DNA of 64,000 nt from a virus, in IMG/VR virus record IMGVR_UViG_3300010218_000004, positions 1-64,000 of that record. The stretch is one strand, 5' to 3'. Both the position numbers and the translations under genes were made by a program. Below the pieces are notes generated by a model that saw nothing but the letters and a program-made list of their open reading frames with translations, had not been told where the DNA came from and made no database searches. Position 1 is the stretch's first letter. Every line of letters begins with the position of its first letter. Below, in pieces: positions 41,873 to 49,507 of the stretch.

Positions 41873-43435
41873 ATGCCCGCCGTCTACATCGACACCCGTG
41901 ACGTCCCCCTCGACGAGCTGACGCCGTTCCCCGGGAACGCCAAGCGGGGCCGCCCGGACGAGATCCTCGTCAGCCTCCGCCGTAACGGCCAATACCGCGG
42001 CCTCGTCGTCCGGCAGACCGGCGGCGCGCTCATCGTCCTCGCCGGCAACCACACGTTGCAGGCCCTCAAGGCCCACGGGCCGGGCCGCTGCGAGTACGCC
42101 GACCACGAGGACGCGCCGTGTGGCATGTGCGCGGACGGCACGTGGGACGGCACCACCGCCCGCTGCGAGATCATCGACTGCGACGACCAGGACGCGCGCC
42201 GTATCAACCTCGCCGACAACCGGCTGGCCGAGCTCGGCGGGTACGACAATGATGACCTCGCCGAACTCCTCTCCTACATGGACGGGGACTACGCCGGTAC
42301 CGGTTACAGCGAGGCCGACGTCATGCGGCTGATCACGCCGCCGGACGTCGACGACCTCCTCGACGGCGACGGCGAGGACGCGGAGCCTGCGGAGGCGCCG
42401 TCGCTCGCGGAACGGTTCCTCATCCCGCCGTTCGACGTCCTCGACGCCCGACAGGGATGGTGGCGCACCCGGAAGCGGCAGTGGCTGTCCCTCGGCATCG
42501 TGTCGGAGGTCGGCCGCGACGGGAACCTCGCCTTCGCCGACGTGTCGATGGCGGACCCGGACTACTACCGGAAGAAGGAAGAGGCGCAGCAGCAGGCAGG
42601 CCGCGCCCTGACGAACGCCGAGTTCGAGGCCGACTACTACACGCCGCTCGATACGTCATGGAGTGGCGGAACGTCGGTGTTCGACCCCGTCATGTGCGAA
42701 CTGGCCTACCGCTGGTTCTCCCCGCAGGGCGGCACGGTCCTCGACCCGTTCGCGGGCGGTTCCGTCCGCGGCCTCGTCGCCGGCATCCTCGGCCGCCCCT
42801 ACCGTGGAAACGACCTGCGGCCGGAGCAGGTGGAGTCGAACCGGGAGCAGCGCGACGCGTTCGCCCGGCGCGGCCTCCTCGCCGCCGACCCGGAATGGAC
42901 GATCGGGGACTCCGCGGACTGGGTCACCACCCTGGAGCCGGAGAGCGCCGACATGGTGTTCACCTGCCCGCCCTACTACGACCTCGAGGAGTATTCCTCG
43001 AACCCGGCCGACCTGTCGGCCATGTCATACGACGACTTCGACGCCGCGTACGCCCGGATCATCGCCGGTGCCGCCCGCGCGTTGAAGGCGAACCGGTGGG
43101 CAGTGTTCGTCGTCGGTGACGCCCGCGACAGCAAGGGTGCGCTGCACGACCTGCGCGGCTCCACGGTCCGCGCCGCGACGGCTGCGGGACTCACCTACGC
43201 CTCCGGTGGCGTCCTCGTCACCCCGGTCGGGTCCACGGCCATCATGGCCGGGAAGGTGTTCACCGCGACCCGAGGTCTCGGCCGCGTCCACCAGGACGTG
43301 CTCGTGTTCTGCAAGGGCAGCCGCTCCCTCGCCGCGCAGGCATGCGGCGACGTCGACGTCCACCTCCCCGACGGCGCCGCCGACGCGTTCGCCGATGCTG
43401 AGGACGACGACGAGAACCTTCCCGAAGCGGCTTGA
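41873..43435 (+). CDS. ParB-like nuclease domain fused to a DNA methyltransferase
   Basis: The N-terminus (LTPFPGNAKRG...VLAGNHTLQA) is ParB/Srx-like. The AdoMet motif VLDPFAGGS is followed about 75 aa later by the catalytic motif FTCPPYY. Confidence 0.8.
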   Translation: MPAVYIDTRDVPLDELTPFPGNAKRGRPDEILVSLRRNGQYRGLVVRQTGGALIVLAGNHTLQALKAHGPGRCEYADHEDAPCGMCADGTWDGTTARCEIIDCDDQDARRINLADNRLAELGGYDNDDLAELLSYMDGDYAGTGYSEADVMRLITPPDVDDLLDGDGEDAEPAEAPSLAERFLIPPFDVLDARQGWWRTRKRQWLSLGIVSEVGRDGNLAFADVSMADPDYYRKKEEAQQQAGRALTNAEFEADYYTPLDTSWSGGTSVFDPVMCELAYRWFSPQGGTVLDPFAGGSVRGLVAGILGRPYRGNDLRPEQVESNREQRDAFARRGLLAADPEWTIGDSADWVTTLEPESADMVFTCPPYYDLEEYSSNPADLSAMSYDDFDAAYARIIAGAARALKANRWAVFVVGDARDSKGALHDLRGSTVRAATAAGLTYASGGVLVTPVGSTAIMAGKVFTATRGLGRVHQDVLVFCKGSRSLAAQACGDVDVHLPDGAADAFADAEDDDENLPEAA

Positions 43436-43460
43436 AGAAGCCCCCACACCTTCCGCATCA

Positions 43461-43476
43461 TGTAGCTACACGCAAG
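43461..43476. promoter_or_regulatory. Single TGTAGCTACA operator copy (with the CGCAAG flank) upstream of the late genes
   Basis: TGTAGCTACACGCAAG is identical to the -35-proximal half of cassettes P1-P9. Confidence 0.6.
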
Positions 43477-43497
43477 CTACTGACCTGGGAGAACGTG

Positions 43498-43758
43498 ATG
43501 GGACTTGCCCGCGACCTGACCATGGGAAGCCGTCGCCCCCGCCGGAACGGGATCGCCGCAAACCCCGACTACGCCGCCCTGCGTCGCCTCACCCAGGCTG
43601 CCGCCCCGGACACCGACCTCATGCGCAGCATCCTCGAACGCGTCGGGGCCAGCCCGGCCCGGATGCGTTTCAAGGAGGGCGCCATCTACATCGAGGCGTG
43701 CAAGCGGTACCGGGAGATCACCGGCGAGGACTTCGGGCCCCGCCTCGGCACCTACTGA
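43498..43758 (+). CDS. Hypothetical protein
   Basis: ATG after a GGGAGA RBS, inside ORF 43432..43758. Confidence 0.55.
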   Translation: MGLARDLTMGSRRPRRNGIAANPDYAALRRLTQAAAPDTDLMRSILERVGASPARMRFKEGAIYIEACKRYREITGEDFGPRLGTY

Positions 43759-43775
43759 CCCACCTCACTGCATCG

Positions 43776-43818
43776 CGGCTGCGGCCCGCACCCCGTCACC
43801 GGGTGCGGGCCGCAGCCG
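43776..43818 (+). terminator. 18-bp perfect-stem hairpin
   Basis: CGGCTGCGGCCCGCACCC-CGTCACC-GGGTGCGGGCCGCAGCCG. Confidence 0.6.
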
Positions 43819-43843
43819 TGTTCCCCTCACGAGGAGGCCGGCC

Positions 43844-44170
43844 GTGTCCGACGAGCCTCACGACGACCCGACGGCCGGGCAGGCCCTCGCCCTGGCCCTC
43901 GCCGGCGTCGACTGGCACACCATCGCCGACCGCCTGAACTACGCCGACCCCGCCGACGCCCTCGACGCCGCTATGGCGGTCGCCGAGACGCAGTACGACG
44001 GCCCCCCGGCCGACCCGCAGCGCATCCTCGAGGTACTCCGCCTCAACCGGTTGCAGGCCGCCGTGTGGAAGGACGCCATGAAGGGCGACCTCAACGCCGT
44101 CTCCACCGTCCTGAACATCCAGGACCGGCGCGTGCGCACCCTGCGCCTCAACCAGAGGAGCCGGGATTGA
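43844..44170 (+). CDS. Putative small DNA-binding or terminase accessory protein
   Basis: ILEVLRLNRLQAAVWKDAMKGDLNAVSTVLNIQDRRVRTLRL is typical of actinophage small-terminase-type proteins. It sits immediately upstream of the packaging genes. Confidence 0.45.
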   Translation: MSDEPHDDPTAGQALALALAGVDWHTIADRLNYADPADALDAAMAVAETQYDGPPADPQRILEVLRLNRLQAAVWKDAMKGDLNAVSTVLNIQDRRVRTLRLNQRSRD

Positions 44171-44754
44171 GCCTGCGTCCCGAGCACGCCGAGGACGGCA
44201 AGCCGAAGTGCGGCGCGCAGAAACGGCAGGGCGCCAAGGGGGAGACGTGCACGTTCGTCGCCGGCTGGGGCACCGACCACGTCGGCGTCGGCCACTGCCG
44301 CCTCCACGGTGGTAACACCCGCACGCAGCGGACGGCCGCCCGGGCGGCGCAGGCCGAGAGCGAGGCCCGGCAGGTACTCGCGAACCTCAACGTCCCCGCC
44401 GTCGACGACCCGTTCGCCGCGCTCTCCCGCCTCGCCGGGCAAGTCCTCGCCTGGCAGGAGGCCATCAGCGGCATCGTCAACAACCTCGGCGACCGCGTCC
44501 GCTACGAGGGCGCCTCCGGGTCCGAGCAGCTCCGCGCCGAGATCGCCCTGTACGAGCGGGCGATGGACCGCACCGGCCACGTCCTCGGCATGATCGCCAA
44601 GCTGAACATTGAGGACCGCATGGCGCGGGTGACCGAACGCCAGGCCGACGCCCTCGTATCCGCGCTTGAGGCGGCACTCGCCGCAGCCGGCGTGACCGGC
44701 ACCGCCGCCGACGACGCACGGCAGGCCGCGGCCCGCCACCTCCGCGCCGTGTAA
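44167..44754 (+). CDS. Putative terminase small subunit (N-terminal zinc-ribbon type)
   Basis: TTG start overlapping the upstream stop. KCGAQKRQGAKGETCTFVAGWGTDHVGVGHCRLHGG matches a motif I recall from actinophage small terminases. It precedes the large terminase. Confidence 0.5.
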   Translation: MSLRPEHAEDGKPKCGAQKRQGAKGETCTFVAGWGTDHVGVGHCRLHGGNTRTQRTAARAAQAESEARQVLANLNVPAVDDPFAALSRLAGQVLAWQEAISGIVNNLGDRVRYEGASGSEQLRAEIALYERAMDRTGHVLGMIAKLNIEDRMARVTERQADALVSALEAALAAAGVTGTAADDARQAAARHLRAV

Positions 44755-44775
44755 CCCCCTCATGGAGGCGCCGAC

Positions 44776-46403
44776 GTGTCCAGCGACATGGACGCGCTCG
44801 CGCTCGCCGCCGACCGTCTGGAAGGCCGCAGCGCGGCCGCCGACCGCTACCCCACCCCCCACGACCTCGCCAAGGCCCTCGATCCCAAGGTGGTTCGGAC
44901 CCCGGCCCTGGCCCTCCTCGATCAGAACCTCATCGACGTCGCCGAGGGCCGCTGTAAGCGCCTCATCTGGACCATGCCTCCCCAGGAGGGAAAAGCCAGA
45001 GGGTCAGCCGCACGTTCCCGGCGTGGCTGCTGGCCCGCGACCCCGACAAGCGCATCGCGATTGCCTCCTACGAGTTGGGCACCGCCCGACGGTGGGGCCG
45101 CGCGATCCGTAACGACATCAAGGCGAACCGGGACAAGTTCGGGCTGGCCATCCGCACCGACACCTCGTCGGCGCAGGAGTGGCAGATCCAGGACCACGCC
45201 GGCGGCGTGTACTCGGTCGGTGTGCAGGGCGCCCTCACCGGCCGCCCCGTCGACGTCCTCATCATCGACGACCCGATCAAGGACCGTGCGCAGGCCGAGT
45301 CGCTGGTGTTCCGCGAGCGCGTCTGGGACTTCTGGACCGACACCGCCCGCACGCGATTCGGCCCGGACACCTGCGTGATCGTCGTCCTCACCCGCTGGCA
45401 TGAGGACGACCTCGCCGGCCGGCTCCTCGCGCAGGACGTGCGCGGCGAGTGGCGGCACATCAACATCCCCGCGGAGGCCGACCACAAGCCGGAGGAGGGG
45501 CAGACCGACCCGCTCGGTCGGGCGCCCGGCGAGTTCCTCAAGTCGGCGCGTGGCCGCACCCCGCAGGACTGGCAGGACACCCGGCACGACGTCGGCTCCC
45601 GCACGTGGACGAGCCTCTACCAGGGCCGTCCGTCCCCGGAGTCCGGCGACGTGTGGAAACGCCCCTGGTGGCGCCGCTATCAGACGCCGCTGTGGTCGCA
45701 GCATCCCGAGCACCCCGACGCGTACACGGTCGAGGAGTTCGACCAGCTCATCATGTCGTGGGACATGGCTTTCAAGGACACGAAGTCGTCCGACTATGTG
45801 GTGGGTCAGGTGTGGGGGCGGCGCGGCGCGAACGTCTACCTCCTCGACCACATCCGTAAGCGCCTGTCGTTCACGGACACCCTCGCCGCGTTCCAGGCGA
45901 TGGTGAGGCGGTGGCCGCAGGCGACGGGGAAGCTCGTCGAGGACAAGGCGAACGGCACGGCCGTCATCTCCACCCTCAAATCGAAGATCCCCGGCATCAT
46001 CGCGGTCACCCCGACCGAGTCGAAGTACGCCCGCGCGAACGCCGTTGCCCCCGTCATCGAGGCCGGCAACGCGTTCCTCCCGGAGAAGGGCATCGCCCTG
46101 TTCGACCCGGAGGAACTGATCGAAGAGGCCGCGTCGTTCCCGAACGCCACGCATGACGACCAGGTCGACGCCACCAGCCAGGCCCTGGCCTACCTCCTCC
46201 TCGACCAGACCGGCGCGCACGCGTGGATCAACCACTACCGCGCCAAGGCCGCGGCCGCCGCCGCGGACCCCGACGACACCACGGACGGCGAGGAAGGCGT
46301 GCCGGACAAACCGGCCGACCCGACCCCGCCGGCCGTACCCGTCGAGGACGCGGCCGCCGCCCGGAAACGCCTACGCGACTCCCAAGTCCGCAACCAACGA
46401 TGA
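44776..46403 (+). CDS. terL: Terminase large subunit, reading frame broken at 44988-44994 (needs a -1 shift or a 1-nt correction)
   Basis: Frame 1 gives ...RLIWTMPPQEGK. Frame 0 continues SQRVSRTFPAWLLARDPDKRIAIASYE...DVLIIDDPIKD...LTRWHEDDL (Walker-B-like and nuclease regions). The frame-0 stop at 44955-44957 prevents an upstream start in that frame. Confidence 0.85.
44777..44794. promoter_or_regulatory. Fourth TGTCCA-N6-TGGACG site, overlapping the terL start codon
   Basis: TGTCCAGCGACATGGACG has the same half-sites and spacing as O3. Confidence 0.45.
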
Positions 46404-46594
46404 GCGGAGGCTCAATGGCGTCCCTCGGCTCCAGCGTGCCCGTGGACTGCCCCGTGTGCGACACCCCGGTACGGCTGCCGGTAAGGGACCTCGGCCGGGC
46501 GGGAAGCGTCCTGTCGGTCACCATCGACACCGGCCCCCTCCACGCACACGTCGCCGACGCACACCCGCCGTCGACGGCGGGGGCCGAGCGGTGA
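46400..46594 (+). CDS. Hypothetical small protein (CxxC)
   Basis: ATGA coupling to terL. An alternative ATG at 46415 follows a GGAGG RBS. Confidence 0.5.
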   Translation: MSGGSMASLGSSVPVDCPVCDTPVRLPVRDLGRAGSVLSVTIDTGPLHAHVADAHPPSTAGAER

Positions 46595-46947
46595 GCGGCC
46601 TCCCGAGCACCGCGAACTTCGTCACCGGCGCGGGCAGCCAGTGGACGCAGACGTTCCAGCTCCAGGGCGTGGACATCACCGGCCTCACCTGGGAGTTCGT
46701 GATCCGCCCCAACAGCCTCGACACGGCGCAACCGCCGCTGATCAAGGTCACCGGGACGCAGTCCGCGCAGGGGCAGGTCATCGCCGACCCGGTGGCGCGC
46801 ACCGTGCAGGTCGTCCTCACCCCGGCCGCTACCGCCCTCCTCGGACGTGGCTCCCGCCCCTATGCCCTGTGGTCCAACCCGGGCACCACGTCCGCCACCT
46901 CATGGTGCGCGGGCGTCTTCAACAGCGTGCTGATCCCCGCACCGTAG
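46591..46947 (+). CDS. Hypothetical protein
   Basis: GTGA coupling to the preceding gene. Tail of ORF 46153..46947. Confidence 0.55.
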   Translation: MSGLPSTANFVTGAGSQWTQTFQLQGVDITGLTWEFVIRPNSLDTAQPPLIKVTGTQSAQGQVIADPVARTVQVVLTPAATALLGRGSRPYALWSNPGTTSATSWCAGVFNSVLIPAP

Positions 46948-46956
46948 GAGGTCGGC

Positions 46957-48978
46957 GTGACGACTCCCGTGACGCTCGCGCTACCGCCGGCCGTCGTCAT
47001 CGCCCCGACCGGCGTGCAGGGCCTCCGCGGCAACGCCGTCCTCACCGGCAGCGGCACGCCGAGCGCGTCGACCGGCATGGACGGCGACTACTACATCGAC
47101 GTCGCCAACTACCCGACCACCGCGACCCTCTACGGGCCGCGGACGGCCGGCACCTGGCCGTCGACGGGAGTCACCGTCGGCGGAGGCGGGTCGACGGCCG
47201 GCGCGCTCCTCGCGATCAACAACCTCAGCGACCTCGGTGACGCGGCGATCGCCCGCGGCCACCTCGGCCTCGGTACGGCCGCCACCGCCGCCACCACCGA
47301 CTTCGACGCCGCCGGCGCCGCCGGGAACGCCTACAGCGGCGCCGTCTCGGACGCGGCAGGGAAGTACCGGCGCCTCCAGCCGTGGGTCTTCGACATCACC
47401 GACCACGGGGCGGTCGCGGACGGTGTCGTCGTCCACGACGGGCAGATATCCGTCGGCGTCGCAACGCTCACCTGCTCCACGAGCAGCCCGTTCCACCCCG
47501 ACCTGGTCGGCAAGCCGGTCCTCGTCCAAGGCGCGGGCACGTTCGGCGTCACCGCGTGGAAGACGACGTTCGCCTCCTACGGCGGCCCGACCAGCATGGG
47601 TCTGACCGACACCCCGCCCACGAGCATCACCGGCGCGGTCGTCGCCTTCGGAACGAACAACTACGACGCCGTCCGCGCCGCGACGGCCGCCGCCGACGCC
47701 TACCTGACGGCCGGGCACACCGTGGCGGAGGTCTACACCCCGCCGGGGGCGTTCGTCATCGACGGCCCGCTCGACACCAGCAAGGCGGGCAACGGGCAGG
47801 CCGTGTTCGGCCCGTACGTGACGACCGACGTCAAGAAGATCCTCCGGTTCCGGGGGGCCGCGTCCGGCGCCGCCGTCCGGCACTGGGACCAGTTGGTGCC
47901 GCAGTACGGCGGCTCCTGCTGGCTCTCCTTCGGGTTCTACTCGTCGACGTCGGCGCAGCTCAACGACCTCAACCTCAACGGCAACCCGGGGATCATCAGC
48001 GGTCCGAACGAGGGCACCAGCAACGGCCTCGCCTACGGTGCCAGCGCCCGGTACAGCAACGTCATGCCGGTGATCAAAAACATGACGTTCCTCGTCCCGC
48101 ACACCGCCTACGGCATCACCTACGGCGCGTTCAACCTGTACGGCTGCGCCAACGCCCACATCCAGAACGTGTCGATAGCGACCCTCGGTGTCGTCGGCGG
48201 CTCCGACTACACCACCCCCGGCACCTTCGCGACGGGCCTGTCCATCGCCTGCCTCATGCCGGCACCCGGCAACAACGACCTCAGCATCGTCGACAACCTG
48301 TCGATTCAGGGCGGCTTCACCTACGGCATCTTCTTCTCCGAACACACCCTGATCAGCCGAATCATGATCCTGTACTGCTGGTCGGCGCTCTGCGCCGTCG
48401 GCTCGTACGCGGGCAGCGTCGGCGCCGCCCACTCCATGCGGGTGCTGTCCGCGTCGGTGGAGGCGTGCACCCACGAGGTCTACATCATCGGCGTCGGATC
48501 GAACGGTGAGGGACCCCTCATCGACATCGAACTGTCGACGGAGTCCAGCACACCGAACATCGACGGGAACTCCGTGGGCGGCCTCATGGGCGCGGCCGGC
48601 CCGCTACGCCTCACCGGCCTGTTCAACACGGCCGGCGTCAGCGTCGCACACCCCACCGGAATCGAGATCATCAACGGGCAGTCTCCGCGGGCCATCGCCC
48701 GCAAGACGGCCTCGTTCACGTGCTCGCCCATCGACCGGACCCTCCTGTGCGACACCACCGGGGGCGCGATCACCGCGACCCTGCCGGACGCCGACGTCAA
48801 CCCCGTCGAGTACGTCCTGCGGAACACCGGGCCCGGCACCCTCACCGTCGCCGCGACGAACAGTCAGCTCATCTACGTCGGCACCTCCGGGGCCGTCACG
48901 GCGACCGTGGCGCCCGGCGCCGTCCTGCGCGTCGAGGCGTCCTACGACGGCACCGCGTGGGCCTGGTACGCCCTCTAA
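46957..48978 (+). CDS. Tail-fibre/tailspike-like protein with a pectate-lyase-type beta-helix (putative depolymerase)
   Basis: N-terminus GMDGDYYIDVAN...TLYGPRTAG and NLSDLGDAAIARGHLGLGTAA are actinophage minor-tail motifs. VFDITDHGAVADGVVVHDG matches the pectate_lyase_3 N-cap. Confidence 0.65.
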   Translation: MTTPVTLALPPAVVIAPTGVQGLRGNAVLTGSGTPSASTGMDGDYYIDVANYPTTATLYGPRTAGTWPSTGVTVGGGGSTAGALLAINNLSDLGDAAIARGHLGLGTAATAATTDFDAAGAAGNAYSGAVSDAAGKYRRLQPWVFDITDHGAVADGVVVHDGQISVGVATLTCSTSSPFHPDLVGKPVLVQGAGTFGVTAWKTTFASYGGPTSMGLTDTPPTSITGAVVAFGTNNYDAVRAATAAADAYLTAGHTVAEVYTPPGAFVIDGPLDTSKAGNGQAVFGPYVTTDVKKILRFRGAASGAAVRHWDQLVPQYGGSCWLSFGFYSSTSAQLNDLNLNGNPGIISGPNEGTSNGLAYGASARYSNVMPVIKNMTFLVPHTAYGITYGAFNLYGCANAHIQNVSIATLGVVGGSDYTTPGTFATGLSIACLMPAPGNNDLSIVDNLSIQGGFTYGIFFSEHTLISRIMILYCWSALCAVGSYAGSVGAAHSMRVLSASVEACTHEVYIIGVGSNGEGPLIDIELSTESSTPNIDGNSVGGLMGAAGPLRLTGLFNTAGVSVAHPTGIEIINGQSPRAIARKTASFTCSPIDRTLLCDTTGGAITATLPDADVNPVEYVLRNTGPGTLTVAATNSQLIYVGTSGAVTATVAPGAVLRVEASYDGTAWAWYAL

Positions 48979-48994
48979 CCCCTCGGGAGTAGGC

Positions 48995-49474
48995 ATGCTC
49001 GTCCCCCAGCCGATAGAGGCGCTCGCACCGGAGCCGGCCGAGGAGCTGCCCGCCGAGCTGCGGATGTTCGCCGCCGCCCGGGCCATGGCCGTCGACGGCC
49101 TCGTCACCTCCGCCCCCGAATGCGGGGCCTGCGGGGCCGACGCCGTCGTCAACTGGATGCGCCGCCCCACGGACGACGAGGTCGCCGAGGTCATCGCGAC
49201 CGAGGAGGAACGGCGCGCCCAGCTCCTCCTCCTCGCCGACCCGCAGGCCCCGGCCCCCGACTTCGGGCCCCTGCCGACCGGCGACGGCATGACGCGCACC
49301 GTGTACGCGTGCGTCACGCACGCCATCCCACTCGACGCCGCGTCCCGCGTCCACGCCAAGGAGTGCACGGCGCCGGCCACGGCCTGCACGTGCACCCCGG
49401 AACCCCCGCCCCACGCGCCGCTCGACGGTGGCACGACGGGCCCGCAGCTCCCCGACACCTGGATCAGCGGTTGA
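48995..49474 (+). CDS. Hypothetical protein
   Basis: ATG after a GGGAG RBS. Tail of ORF 48506..49474. Confidence 0.55.
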   Translation: MLVPQPIEALAPEPAEELPAELRMFAAARAMAVDGLVTSAPECGACGADAVVNWMRRPTDDEVAEVIATEEERRAQLLLLADPQAPAPDFGPLPTGDGMTRTVYACVTHAIPLDAASRVHAKECTAPATACTCTPEPPPHAPLDGGTTGPQLPDTWISG

Positions 49475-49507
49475 TGACCGCCTACCGCCGATAGGAGGCA
49501 TGACCGT

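Noticed and set aside
43446-43476. A leftward (antisense) promoter using the lone TTGCGT-TGTAGCTACA at 43461-43476.
   Set aside because: The sequence 18 nt downstream on the minus strand is AGGTGT, a poor -10, and there is no second palindrome. I annotated it only as an operator copy.
44995-45378. The 200-aa ORF 44776..45378 as a bona fide short terminase isoform.
   Set aside because: After residue 73 the sequence becomes Arg/Pro/Ser-rich with no terminase similarity, while the overlapping frame carries the conserved continuation.
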